Of a stretch of 64,000 nt of DNA, positions 10,237 to 23,859 are shown in pieces. Numbering within the stretch: the first letter of the stretch is position 1; the number at the start of each line of letters is the position of its first letter. Source of the DNA: Mytilus edulis (taxonomy: Eukaryota); NCBI RefSeq assembly GCF_963676685.1, contig NC_092347.1:72044001-72108000 (forward strand), in the 5' to 3' direction. The translations under genes and the position numbers were made by a program. The notes beneath the pieces are model-generated. The model was not told where the DNA came from. It made no database searches and worked only from the letters and a program-made list of their open reading frames with translations.

Positions 10237-11674
10237 GTCCGCAGGACGTCACGCTAAAGTTCGTGGGTTTCTCAACACCAGTCATCTGTGAAAATGGTCT
10301 AAAAATTATGTTTTAACCTGGATTGGGGTTGTTAAAGGTTCCAATTTACCCTGAAAGAGTATGTGGTCCATGCAGAATAAGCACAAAAAATCGCTCACCT
10401 GTATTTCAGAGGAGAAGGTTTTTAAATGTTAGCAAACTTGATGAACAAATTGTGTAAAATTATCTTTAAAGGGCAATTACTCCTTAAGGGGTCAATTGAC
10501 AATTTTGGTCATACACTTTTTTGTAGATCTTACTTTGCTGAACATTTTATATCTATCTATCTATAATAATATTCAAGATAATAACAAAAAACTGCAAAAT
10601 TTTGTTTGACAGCAACCCAACAATAAGATGTTCGATTCGTCTGAAAATTACAGGGCTGATAGAATTTTGACTAATTGAACAATGTTACCCAATATCAGAT
10701 TTGCTCTAAAAGCTTTAGTTTTAGAGATGTAAGACAAAACTGCATGTGACCCCTATGTTCTATTTTAAGCTATGGTGGCCATGTTTGTCGATGGATCGAA
10801 ACTTCGGATACAATTTATAAACTAGATACCCTAAGGAACATTTAGGTAAAGTTTAAAGGTATTTTGCCCAGTAGTTTCAAAAAATAGTTTAGGACGACGG
10901 ACGCAAAGTGATGGCATAAGCTCACATGGGGTCCTTTGGGACCCACTGAGCTAAAACCCAACCACAGCAATTATTCAAATCGACATTCAACAATCTAACA
11001 TATTCTTGATTAAACTGGGTAAACCCTATTCCGGTGGCCAAAATGTTAATCATTATACCAAAGTGCCGGTCCAACTACACATAATATGATACCCATTTGT
11101 CTAGCTTTGTCAGTTTAATAAATGATTCAAAATCGGTGATCACCATCCGTCATTGTTTTTTTTCTTATTAAGCTTTTTCCGGTGAAAAGGTAACCTATAA
11201 CATAGAGGACAACTAGGACCACTAATGTACCTCATTTTGAGCATCAAATAACACTTAATATTCTAGTAAAGAAGTATAGATCAGCTAAAAATTATTTTAT
11301 TTAGAACAAATTCACAAATTTACAAATTATATTTGACAATATGAAAAGTGTTGAATATATGCCAGATTTACTTAAAAGATGTAATAAAACTGTTTTATTT
11401 CATTAAAGGGGCACTAGCTACGAGATATATAAAAAATCTAATGTATTATTTGTTTTGCTCAATCAATAATGAAAGGCAAATAGTGAAATAATAATTCGCT
11501 TTTACCAGCCAGGATGGTTCAATTTTGTCATAATAAGCTACAAAACATTGATTATGAATTATTCACTTGCAAGTGAACAACTCGACCTCATTGAATCCGT
11601 ATTCATGTGAACTTCAACGTAACCCCTTAGCTTGAGAGGGATAACACGTGAATTGTATGTGTAAAGTTATTTTG

Positions 11675-12448
11675 GGTCATATTGCTTTTTCTCCATAGTG
11701 AAGATATCTGTAAAAAAAAAATGAACACTTATAAACATTTAAAAATGATTGGCATTATTTTTAGATACTCGTAACAGAACATTTACTCCTTTAAAAATAC
11801 ATTTTTTACCCAATTATTGATTGTCCTTGTGCTTATTTCGAGATGTCCGTTTTCACAAACTGAATTTTGCATGAATAACGATCTATGCTAAATATCCCCA
11901 GTGGCCGTTTTTATATTCTTATTCTACATACTCCCCTGATTGACCGTTACAAGACGCCTGTAATCAATATGACTGTAAGATTTGAAATATTCAAATTTTA
12001 AATATAAGTTAATTATTTACGCCTTTGACGTGCGCTGCGTCGTCTAGACTTTATTTGATTACATACGGATGCACATTGTTTTTTATTAGACTGATCATAG
12101 TTAGTAAGAAACATTTTATGTATACTATCTTTTTATTACATTAAAACTTATTTCAAGAGAGAAAACATTGTATACTATTTATTAGAAATATGCGTAACTT
12201 TTAATTATTATTTTAAACGTAATTTAACTTATGAGAGAACTTATGATACTTGAATGAAATGGTTTTTATTGTTTGTTTAGTTTAAACACTTAAACATGTA
12301 TCTTATTATAATTTATGTATTTTTACTTATGTGAAATTATTCTTTATTTGTAGAGAATCGATTGTTAGCGACCATATGATATTATATATGAATAAAAGAT
12401 AGATACATGGTGCATTCTCATCTCTTCGCCCTTAAGTAAACCGATGTG
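11675..12448. repeat. Direct duplication, copy 1 (paired with 17609-18461)
   Basis: Near-identical from ggtcatattgctttttctcc to aaccgatgtg. Confidence 0.92.
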
Positions 12449-12576
12449 TACAATTCTCAACTCTGGAGACAATTATCAAATTCTGGAGGAAATTCTAAAA
12501 TTGTGCCGATTTTTGACTATTTTGGTGAAAAATGGCTACCGATAGACGAAATGAAGACTTTCTGGACTTGTGATGT

Positions 12577-13390
12577 AAATAAAGGCAACAGTAGAATACC
12601 GCTGTTCAAAACTCATAAATCCATGGACAAAAAACAAATCTAGGTAACAAACTAAAACTGAGGGAAACGCATTATTTATAAGAGGCGAACAACGACACAA
12701 CATTAAAATGTAACACACACAGAAACGGACTAAGCATTAAACAAAATCCTATGAAAATAACAAATATAACATCAAAACCAAATACATTAATTTGGGATAA
12801 ATAAGTACCGTGACACGTCTTATAGTAATGTGAATTCACACTCAAAAATAAGAGAAAATAAACGACACAAATGAAACACAACGTTAAAATGTAACACACA
12901 CAGAAACCAACTGTAATATGGCCATATTCCTGACTTGGGAAAGGACATGTTTAAAGGTAAAAATGGTGGGTTGAACTTGGTTTTGTGGCATGCCAAACGT
13001 CGCACTTTAATGGCAATGTTAAATATAACATTAAAATGACAACATAATATTACAGGGACTACAATACAAATAAATAAGAGAACGTTTTATGCAAAGAAAC
13101 ACATGAATAATAGATAACAAAAGGCATCAGGTTTAAAATTCAATACGCCAAAAACGCGCCTCGTCCACACAAGACTTACCAGTGACGCCCAGATATAAAA
13201 GTTCCAAAAGTAAAAAAAAGTTCAATGTTGTACAGCACTGAGGATCACAAGTTGAAAAAGGTTGTGCCAAATACGGCTAGGGTTTTCTGCTTGTGATAAG
13301 AACATCCTTATTATTTAGAACAATTTATTCAATTTCAAACAGTAAATTTTACAAATGAATATCAAAGATATACATGATAAAACTAAAGTA
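12577..13390 (-). mobile_element. Family B repeat, inverted copy of ~3910-4716, with variant hammerhead at 13145-13189
   Basis: Reverse complement aligns throughout; minus strand GCGTCA-CTGGTAA-GTCTTGTGTGGAC-GAGG-CGCG-TTTT-TGGCGT. Confidence 0.88.
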
Positions 13391-16300
13391 AAACGGACTC
13401 GTAGTACGAATTTAGCGGAGCTTACTAAATTGTACAAAGAATTAGAGAAGAATTTAATTTCATATGAGAACGTGGAACATGTAAAACAGTTATAATCAAA
13501 GTTATGTGAAAGGTTTGAACAATTTAAGTTACCACACTTAATGTGTTTAGATTTATGTACACAATCAGAAATTTGGAAGTGAACTATGAACGTTGTCATG
13601 AGAACTTTGTAGAATTCCGGGAAAGATTTTCCCAGTATATCGCGAGTGAAAAATCGCATGAAGAGGAAACACCCGAAGAAAGTGATACAGTTTCAATTGA
13701 TAGCCAATTGAGTTCACGATCTTCAGTTTCATTACAATCTAGATTACGCAGTGCCAAAGCTAAGCGGTTCATTGCAGAACTTAAACTCAGGAAATTATCA
13801 GAACACCATGAACAAGAACGTGAACAGCATGAACTAGATCGTGCACAAATAGAAATTAAATTCAGACAACAGGTATTTAATAAACGATCCGAGCTGGAAG
13901 AGGCCAATCTCGACGAATCAGTGTGGCAAGAGGCAGTGGAAGAAGACACATATAATAACAGTGGAATCATGAACATTCGGAACATTTCGCAAACATTACA
14001 GAGCTCTATTCATGAGAGTGAAAAGGAATGTATTAATATGAACTATTTCCCGACAAACTGCAACAACTGATAAATCAACGATGAACATTAATAGCAGTAC
14101 ACAGGGATGCAGTACTCAGTCTGGATTTTCGAATGTAAGTGTTTCTAGCATAGATTCGGCTTTTCAACGCCTAGCACATCTACACTTCACGAAGGGTTTA
14201 ATTTGCCAAAACCAGAATTATTGACGTTTAATGGAACTCCGTTAGACTATAGTAAGTGTATAAGGAACTTTGAGACAAAAATTGAAGGTAGAATAAGTGA
14301 TAATAGTTTGAGTGAGTTATTTTAGTCAGTACTGTAGAAGTGAAGCAAAGTGTTGTATAGAAGATTGTGTATTATTAGATTCTGATGAGGGTTACAAACG
14401 TGCTAGGGCAATATTGTACTCCCGATACGGTAGGCCACATTTAATTGCTAGATCATTTATTGAAAAATTAGTGAACGGCGCTCATATTAAAGCGTCAGCT
14501 ATTGAAGGTTTATCTAAATTGGCATTAGAAATGCAAAAATGTGAAATCACATTCTCTCAGTTAGGCTTTAATTCAGATATTGATAATTCTGAAAATTTAA
14601 GGTGTATTGTTAAACGCCTTCCAATGCATATGAGAACCCCGGTTTTCTGATTTAGTTAAATTTGTAGACAAAAAATCACGCATTGCTAGTTCTATGTATG
14701 GTTACGATCTTTGTAGAGAAAATCAGAACAAGACTGATAATAGGGTTTTTACAAGTAAACATCATAATAATGATACAGTTAAGAGTAAGGTAACTATGTT
14801 AAGTACTCAAAGTTTAAATAATACAGCTAAGTATGAGCCCATATGTAACTGTTGTACAGGTACATGTGTAGATTTGACATCTTGTAGCAAATTCAAGTCA
14901 ATGAGTTTAGATGATAGGTATAAATTAGTACGCATGTTAAAATTGTGTTATAATTGTTTAAAAGGGAAGCATTTTGCGAACAATTGTAGAAAACCAAAAG
15001 CATGCACTGTATCTGACTGTAATGTTAAGCATAATATTTTATTGCATAGTTGGTCTAAGCCCGGTTTTGATCATGCTGCTGCCCAGCCTTCAGTTAATTG
15101 CGCAGCTACTAAAGGTTCTATGACTATGAACTGTTTAGGGATTATTCCTGTCCTCGTTAAGGGTCGGTACGGTAACTCTTGCACAACATATGCCTTGCTA
15201 GATGACGGAGCAGATAAAACTTTATGTGATGAACGGATTACTTCAGAAATTAAATATAGCCAGCAAGCCGGTCACTTTCGAGATGTCTACTGTTAGCTCT
15301 TCTGGTAGTACAATTCACGGTCAAGAAGTTGACTTACATTAAGTGAAAGCTATTGACGGAAATGATAACGTGTCTTTAGAAAATGTCTGGTCAGTAAAGA
15401 AGCTTCCAATTTCAACTCGATCTGCCGCAGAAAATGTAGATATAAGAAAATTGCCGTATTTAGCCGATATACAGATACCCTCTTCTGATTTAACCGAGGT
15501 CATGTTGTTAATTGGTACAGATTCACCTAACGCTCGCATTCCGCTAGAAGAGAGGTCCGGTAACGAAAACCAACCATATGCAATTCGCTCACGCCTCGGA
15601 TGGGCTATTCGTGGTCCTATTGAAGATACGCATGCGTCAAATGATATAAATGTACATTTTGAGGAGGCAAGAGATGTTTTGTTGCAGCGACAATCAGAAT
15701 GGATGTGGACCTCTGATTTTGATGATAGAGCACGAGAAGACAAGAATGGCTTGTCTATAGAGGATAAAAAGGCTATGAAAATGATGGAATCCTCAATAAC
15801 GCAGGAAGATGGTCATTACAAGCTCGGACTACTTGGCGCGATAGAGAGACCACGCTACCAAATAACATGGTTATTGCACATGCCCGTTTACAACAATTGA
15901 AACGCAAATTGTCAAGTAATGAGACGTTACATAAAATGTATACGACAACTGTCAATGATTACATAGAAGAACTAGGGATATCTGAGACTAATACTGAAAT
16001 CAAGAAGGAGATAGCTATACATGCTACAACCAATAATGCCATCGACAATTTGATAGGATACTTCTCCGACTGGATAAAACTCAGACGAGCTATTGCATGG
16101 TTTAGGAGATTTAAGATTTATTGCAGAAATCGTTACCTTGGACATCATTTGCCGTGTAACAGTGTTCATATTAATGTAACAGAACTTCGGGAGGCTACCG
16201 ATGAAATATTAGCACATGTCCAAATGAGCTATTTTTCAGATGAAATAACAAACTTGAAGAAAGCAAAGCCCGTGAAAAAAGAAAGCCGTATTGCTTCTCT

Positions 16301-17345
16301 CAATCCTGTTTTTGGTTAATGAACTTATCCGATCAAAAGGGCGCCTAAATTATGACTTAAGCACTTATCCCGTGAAACTGCCAAACAAACATCACGTGAC
16401 TACGCTTATTATCCGCTATTATCACGAAACCACGGGACACGTGGTGGGAAAACAACAGGTGCTTGCAGCTTCTCGTGAAAAATATTGGATATTGAAAGGA
16501 TCCAGTGCTGTGAAGACAGTTATCGATCGTTGCGTTCCATGCAAACGACAAACAACATGGTCCGTTTTGTAAACAGCAGATGGCACCCCTACTCGAGGAA
16601 CAGATGACTGCAGACAAACCTCCTTTTACCTTTGTCGGAGTTGACTACTTTGGTCCATTAAACGTTAAACTTGGACGGTCAGTTGTTAAGAGATATGGAT
16701 GCCTCTTTACGTGTCTTACAACAAGAGCGGTTCATATAGAAATAGCACACAGTTTAAATACGGATTCTTTTATTTCAGCCTTTCAACGCTTTACAAGTAG
16801 GCGAGGCATTCCCGAAAAGGTCTATAGTGAAAATGGAACAAATTTCGTTGGCGGTGAAATTGAACTTCGAAAAAACATTGAACAATGCCAATGGAATAAA
16901 GCAATTATATCAAATTATATGCTACACAAGGACATTATTTGGATATTTAATCCACCATATGCAAGTCACCGCGGTGGTGCATGGGAACGAATGATTCGTT
17001 CAACAAGGAACATTTTTAAAGCACTGATCAATCAACAACTACTTAGCGATGAACAATTACTGACATGTATGGCCGAAACTGAGCGTATTATAAATGATAG
17101 ACCGATAACAGCAATAAGTGACGATTGTCGTGATTTACCAGTTTTAACGCCAAATATGTTATTGATGAAGAGCAACACGTCAACACCGCAAGATGTGTTT
17201 GACAAAAAGGATATATATGCAAAACGATGGTGGAAACAAATACAACACCCAGCGAATGAATTCTGGAAACGTTGGTTGAGGGAATACTTATCAACCCTAC
17301 AGCAAAGAAGCAAATGGCAGAGGGGACAACGAGATGTTTTGCCCA
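13391..17345 (+). mobile_element. BEL/Pao LTR retrotransposon 2 internal region (different family; RT/RNase H deleted; no LTRs seen)
   Basis: gag CYNCLKGKH..C..C..KHNILLH, protease LLDDGADKTL, integrase GVDYFGP..CLTTRAVHIE..GGAWERMIRS, FWKRWLREYL; jump from pre-RT NDYIEE straight to post-RH sequence near 15970. Confidence 0.92.
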
Positions 17346-17379
17346 TAAACAGGGTTTAATCAGTTGCTAGATAAATTAC

Positions 17380-17642
17380 ATCTTTTCTGGAATAACCATA
17401 ACCAATACTGGCCATATGTGCAATGTGGTCCACCATTTGTTTTCTATACCCTCATCAAACAGGTAAATGATGCATCTCCCATCCACAGAAACCAAACCAA
17501 GTGTCCTACCTCTAAGAATGCTTTCTGGAATACCCCAGTTTTCTTTTGCAGCTTTATAAACAGACATTTCATTTTGGACAGCATCATAGGTATATTTCAA
17601 AGCAGTTTGGTCATATTGCTTTTTCTCCACGGTGAAGATATC
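17380..17642 (-). pseudogene. Pipsqueak-type HTH exon of a pogo/Tigger-like transposase (relic 1)
   Basis: KKQYDQTALKYTYDAVQNEMSVYKAAKENWGIPESILRGRTLG, preceded by polypyrimidine tract and ACAG acceptor. Confidence 0.7.
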
Positions 17643-18461
17643 TGTAAAAAAAATGAACATTTATAAACATTTAAAAATTATCAGTAGAATCGAAAATGAT
17701 GTTTAATACCGTCTCGTTATCCTGATTGGCATTATTTTTAGATACTCGTAACAGAACATTTACTCCTTTAAAAATACATTTTTACCCAATGATTGATTGT
17801 CCTTGTGCTTATTTCGAGATGTCCGTTTTCACAAACTGAATTTTGCATGAATAACGATCTCTGCTAAATATCCCAAGTGGCCGTTTTTATATTCTTATTC
17901 TACATACTCCCAAATTGACCAAACACAGTTTTTACTATTTATTTATAAAACGCTAATGTAAAGTTGCGCTCTTTTAAATAACCAATTTTCCCGTTTCTGT
18001 TATATGACGTTGCGCATTTGACGTGCGCTTCGTCGTCTAGAGTTATTTGATTACATACGGATGCACATTGTTTTTTTATTAGACAGATTATAGTTGGTAA
18101 GATTTTTTTGTATGTATATATACTATCTTTTTATTACATCAAAACTTTTATAAAGAGACAAAACATTGTATATACTATTTATTAGAAGTATGCGTAACTT
18201 TTAATTATTATTTTAAACGTAATTTAACTTATGAGAGAACTTATGATACATGAATGAAATGGTTTTTATTGTTTGTTTAGTTAAATGTGAACACTTAAAT
18301 ATGTATCTTATTATAATTTATGTATTTTTACTTATGTGAAATTATTCTTTATTTGTAGAGAATCTATTGTTAGCAACCATATAATATTATATATGAATAA
18401 AAGATAGATACATGGTGCAAACTCGCATACTCATCTCTTCGCCCTGAAGTTAACCGATGTG
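17609..18461. repeat. Direct duplication, copy 2
   Basis: Matches 11675-12448 with small indels. Confidence 0.92.
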
Positions 18462-18489
18462 ATTTGTACAACGACAACAGACATTCTGC

Positions 18490-19065
18490 AGGTGTATCAG
18501 CATGTTTGGCATATAACAGTAAGAGCCGCTGATGCACATGCTAAAACTGTAATGAGGTCGTAATCCGTCATTTGTTGTCTGTTGAAGCTATAATTTTTTG
18601 TTTGATTTGCTCAGTTCCTTCCCAAAGCCGGCTTTGTCGGCGTTTCAGATTTGGGCAGGTTTGTCTGTAAGGCCGAGTTTTTCAATAGTTGTGTTGTGTT
18701 GAGTAATGTAAAGTCATCATCAATTACTTGTTGTGATGATACAACTACTCTTGATCTTGCGAGAGAAGTTGTGTTTCTGAAAGCTCATCTGAAAGAAAGA
18801 TTGTCTTTTCATAAACCTTTGGCACCATCTCTTTGACGGGGAAGAAATGTACACATGTAATTTGCAAGGGATGCATCCTGTGATTGTGTTAGGTAGGGCC
18901 TTTGTCCACTCTTTTTGCCTCTTGTACTTTCCCCCGAAAGGTAGTCACCTAATGTTTTCCTTGTGATGTCGAATCGTTTTGACGCTCGGGTGTGTAAGGA
19001 TGCCCCTTTTTAATTTGGCCCACAGCTTCGCATAACTGTTCATGTGTGTATTTCTGTCTAGCCAT
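18490..19065 (-). pseudogene. pogo/Tigger-like transposase relic 2 (HTH-psq, CENP-B-like helix, start of DDE)
   Basis: MARQKYTHEQLCEAVGQIKKG..SKRFDITRKTLGDYLSG..RPYLTQSQDASLANYM; PSKRWCQRFMKRQ; KPAQI*NADKAGF; ITVLACASAA. Confidence 0.78.
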
Positions 19066-19300
19066 CTAAAATGAAAAATTGATTTAGTGATCGGGTGTGT
19101 AAGGATGCCCCTTTTTAATTTGGCCCACTGCTTCGCATAACTGTTCATGTGTGTATTTCTGTCTAGCCATCTAAAATGAAAAATTGATTTAGTGATCGGG
19201 TGTGTAAGGATGCCCCTTTTTAATTTGGTCCACTGCTTCGCATAACTGTTCATGTGTGTATTTCTGTCTAGCCATCTAAAATGAAACATTGATTTAGTGA
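18986..19300. repeat. 105-bp tandem repeat x3
   Basis: Units start at 18986, 19091 and 19196 (tcgggtgtgtaaggatgcccc...gatttagtga). Confidence 0.97.
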
Positions 19301-19392
19301 TGACACAATACATAGATTGTATATATATTGTAAAAACATGCTATTTTTAGTAAGACGATGCATACTGGCGATCTCTTATAGCATCTTATAAT

Positions 19393-19630
19393 TGTAATCA
19401 CATAAGCAACACGACGGGTGCCACATGTGGAGCAGGATCTGCTTACCCTTCCGGAGCACCTGAGATCATCCCTAGTTTTTGGTGGGGTTCGTGTTGTTTA
19501 TTTTTTAGTTTTCTATGTTGTGTCATGTGTACTATTGTTTTTCTGTTTGTCTTTTTTATTTTTAGCCATGGCGTTGTCAGTTTGTTTTAGATTTACGAGT
19601 TTGACTGTCCCTTTGGTATCTTCCCTCTTT
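19393..19630 (+). mobile_element. 5'-truncated Penelope-like 3' end
   Basis: Reverse complement of 2131-2372. Confidence 0.9.
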
Positions 19631-19787
19631 TATAAGTATCACATTTAAGACAAAATGTACGATATATGAGGGTATGGAAGGGGGTTTCTTAACTTCTGTA
19701 TTCCTTTTTTTCCCTTTCAATTTCACGTATGTGAAAGGGGCATATCGATTTACCCTCGTCTATCCGTACGTCCCGCTCATGGTTACA

Positions 19788-19992
19788 AAATTGAAAACAA
19801 CGCGTTTAATAATTTTTTGCGTCCGAAGCCCTTTTCTGGAAGAGGTATATGTCAAAAATACCTAAAATAAATAGCCAAATTCACCTAAAGCCAACTTTGC
19901 CTGAGGAAGTTGAAACCTTAGTTTCTTTATAATTTCAAAATTTATAAACGGACATATTTAGTGGAGTTTGTTAAATCATGTCAGTACCGAGG
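19788..19992 (-). repeat. Family A repeat fragment with hammerhead core deleted
   Basis: Matches ~272-530 but lacks the catcag core segment. Confidence 0.8.
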
Positions 19993-21422
19993 TAAGTGTT
20001 GACCCCCGATTAATTGAAAAAATCCCAATCAGACGAATACATGTAGTACACTATTGAATTAGAAAAACAAAATTTGTCAAAGACGGAATACTTTATAGGA
20101 AGAGATAAAATACCACAACAAATGAAGAAACATTACATATCAACCTAGTAGCGAGTAAGTCAGTCCCTCTCCGTTATTGATCTCTTCTTCTTACTTGTTA
20201 ATGAAGCGGATATAATGTATGAATTATTCGGGTTAACCAGTGCAGTTATAATTCAAGTTCAACTGTTGTTGCACAATGAACAACAATGAGGTAAATGTCT
20301 GCCAAACAAAACTAAAGCCTTTTGAATTAAAATAATTGAAATGTTTACGAATCGAACAGACTGAAAACCATATTGGTGATATCCATTACACGTGACTCGG
20401 TATTTAGTTATCCCTCATTGTGTTCTTGTTCTAATATGTTATTGTATTCTTGTCTTTTATTTTAGCTAATATGCCTTTTTGTGTTTCTTTGATATACATA
20501 TGACGTGGTTCTGTACTTATGCATCCCGTCATTGTCCTTTGATCAATTTTGTATTCTTGTCATTCAGTTATGCTTTTATGCTCTGCCTATGTGCCTTTTT
20601 ATATTTCTTTGTAACATCTTTGTTTGTTTTATAGTGATTAGGATTATAACGCAATTTTGACTGCTCTACTTCTTCTTTTGACATTTTTACCTATTATGTC
20701 TGTTTGTCATATTCACAAATCGTTGTCAATATAATGGAGTTTTAGGCGACTGTTACAAGATTGAGAGGTTAAGCTAGCCATAAAACTAGGTGTAATCCAT
20801 CATTTTCGAAACGCTTCTTAGTCAGCAATACGACAGTTGTTATCCATTCGTTTGATGTGTTTGAGCTTTTGACTTTGCCATTTGCGTTTTATAATTATCC
20901 CCGGAGTTCAGTATTTTTGTTATTTTACTTTCTACTCTAGTCAATAAAGTGTCAATATAAAAGATTGAAGGTCAAGGACATAGGACCTAGGGGAAAACAA
21001 ATATCAGGTCCTGGGTAGGAAATTGTGAATGCTGAACCTACGATTCACACCTTTCGTACTCGAGAGTATCACAAGCCGTATAGTCAGTACTTTGTTTTGA
21101 CATATATTAGCATTGATGTTGTTTTACTGTAAATTTACTGTAATATCAAATGGTGTCAAACACTTATTTTGTACCCCGAGCATTGCAGGTTAGCCACATT
21201 TGTCGGTTCGTAACTGTGTACTAGTATTTCATTTGGACTTAAGCCACATTTTGTCGGTAATTAAACTGTATATTATTTGGACTCACAGTTTGAATCGAGT
21301 GTCTGGCATATTAAAATATGCCCCATATTTCAAAGAAGTCTAAAACAACGTTGTTGATTTTTCATGAATGAGTACCCTGCATCTTTCATTCAAATGACAA
21401 AATCTTGAAACATCGCTATTTA

Positions 21423-21589
21423 AGAGATAACTGTATTGTATTTGAAGCTTTAAGGACGTCCATCGGTAGTTTTACTGTCGCAAATTTAGTTTACCTGGCG
21501 ACGCTGAGCGGAGACGGGTAAACGGGTATTTGCGACAGTAAAACTACCGATGGACGTCCGCAAAGCTTCAAATACAATACAGTTATCTC
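21423..21589. repeat. Long inverted repeat (hairpin, ~62-bp near-perfect arms)
   Basis: agagataactgtattgtatttgaagcttt..ggacgtccatcggtagttttactgtcgcaaat and its reverse complement, around a GC-rich centre gtttacc..ggcgacgctgagcggagac..ggtaaac. Confidence 0.95.
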
Positions 21590-21655
21590 TATTTTAATGC
21601 AGATCGAGTTCATAATTGAATTTCAATCATTATTTCAGTCTTAAACGTTCATTAA

Positions 21656-23859
21656 CGAGTTCTGTGCCATAGGGCCGATGATCGGCCCAAAGTCATACTC
21701 CTTTCAGTGCCAAAGGGCCGATTCATCGGCCGATTGAAATGATGTTATGAACTACGTAATGTACTATGACGTCGCCGTTTTTGTGATAAATTTAATTCCT
21801 CCGTCTTGAAACATTCGCGCGTTTTTTTACCAATATTAAAAGATATGAAAGGGGAGCTTTTTTTATGAAATTTATGAAAATAAAATTATGTAAGGATGCG
21901 TTTATAAATATATATAAAATTATATAATATTTAGAACTATAGAGTTTCAAATCCACTCTTTTTTCCCGACGCTATTGCAGTAGGCCTTTTAGTATATTTA
22001 TATATTCTAGGCTTACTTTCCTAAACTGCCTAAAGTTTTTAAGCATTTACTTTCCAAAATTGTAAGACTATAATAAAAATAAAATTTTACATACATAAAA
22101 TAAAGAAGATAGAAGTTATTCAAATACCTTTACAAAGAACGGATTAGAAAAAGCGCAAAAAAAATCAAAAACTTAAAAAGATGAAAAAGTACGTAAAAAG
22201 TGCACTACATGTTAATGACGTAATTAATCTAATGACGTGATTCGTTTATAACGCATCCATCGGATTATTGCTAATCCTTATCCGTGGTTATCCTCCTGAG
22301 TGAGGGATCACACATTATTTAACCAGAATGTAGGTCATATAAAAGAATACTGCAGGGAAATTTCAAAACCATTGCCTATATCGTGCTGATTTTCACAATT
22401 CATTCGACGAAGAAGTTTGTCTTGCTAATATACATTTATGCCCATATTCCATTAAAACGCCACCAGAGAATTTTAATGCACGGAATAAATTTCGTTAATT
22501 TCTTTTTGTTTAGCTGCGTTTAATTTTTCTAGGCTTTTTACGGCATACTTTTATATAAATTTCAAAGGCAAAACAGTTAAACATGAATAATACAAGAGAT
22601 ACAAGGAAAATATTCAATATTGTATTTATCGTGTGAAAATGCAATGTCCTGTATAGCATCGTAAAAAAAGAGTATTGCCGGATTGTGCCGGCCAAATTAA
22701 TATTCCAGGTCAACATGACACTTTTAATTGATACATGTAGCAGGTTTCCTAGTAAACTACATGTTCTTTGATCGGTGCATGTCTGTACTCATTTATTATT
22801 TATCCCTTCTTCCATTTGTCTTCCAAAATAAAAGATAGCAAAACCGCAAACAACATGAAAACTTTGTGAACAATTATACATTCAAAATTACAATCACAGT
22901 AAATTATTATTGTACGGTTGTCAAGAATTAATAAACACATTATTTTTAATATTAAGATACGATAGTAAATTCCTATTAAAAAAACTCTGACAATGTTCGA
23001 TCAGGTCTTTTCTTTTATACAATTAATTGTTTGATGACATTTCCGAAGATCATATAATAAGAACAAAACGACATTTGAGAAAACTGCCGGGTCGAAAATA
23101 AGAGAGTGTTCTGTATGTTCTGTACGAAATGTCCCTGGTTGCAGGAAAGGGCCGAAACATGTATATGCATGTGTGCTCTCTGTCGTAAAATTGTTCATAA
23201 ACCATGCAGTAAATATAAGAAACACGACAGACGATGTAACACCGACGAATAAAATATCTTTCTTGAGAAATGTTAATATGAATCTTGAATTTTGTATCAA
23301 GCTCATATAATGAGGTTGTTCACACGAAATAATCACAAACTTTCTTTAATTTATAAGTAGTGACAAATTAATTTGCATTATCTCTTTTCGTATTACCGAA
23401 CTTTGACTCGGGAGTATATGATTTTTAGACAGGTTACCTTCTCTATAGTAGGGATTTTCTGGTATTAGTTCAAGTGAGAGCAACTAAAAGAAGTAAAGTC
23501 AAACTTAAAATCGGTGCAATTAGTTTGTCATGTTTCATGGAAAACATAAAATAGTGACCCCTCCCTCAAAAAAAATAAATTTACCTTATCTTGTTGCTTT
23601 TACTAGAACCGGGACCAGAATATCTTATAACACGTAACTTGTCTAAATATTATAACTTCGGGGTCAAAAATCGGTATTATATGTAAGAAAATGGACTATT
23701 AGTAAAAAAAGTTTAATTTTCCACCCACTTGCAGTTAACATCTTTTGGCGATATTATACCTTTACTATGACGTCGACGTTTTTGCGGTCTTGTTAAGACA
23801 ATCAAAAAAAGCATTGGCACTGAAGGGGTTTGTTAACAATTTGTTTGGCAGCGAAAGGG
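21656..23859 (+). mobile_element. piggyBac-like deletion derivative
   Basis: TTAA at 21652-21655 and 23860-23863; right end CCCTTTCGCTGCCA (minus); inner inverted pair (C)TTCAGTGCCAA at ~21700-21713 and 23814-23828; Cys-rich relic RECSVCSVRNVPGCRK..C.C.LC....HKPC at ~23100-23210; left TIR is degenerate. Confidence 0.65.

Noticed and set aside
11403-11670. TTAAAGGGGCACTAGCT as a MITE end
   Set aside because: No matching inverted end in the window, so boundaries cannot be supported
11675-18461. Direct repeats as LTRs of BEL-2
   Set aside because: No TG..CA ends, PBS, PPT or TSD, and they overlap a transposase exon
18945-19313. 122-aa repeat protein ORF
   Set aside because: Off-frame product of the 105-bp triplication; the meaningful frame is the HTH-psq start
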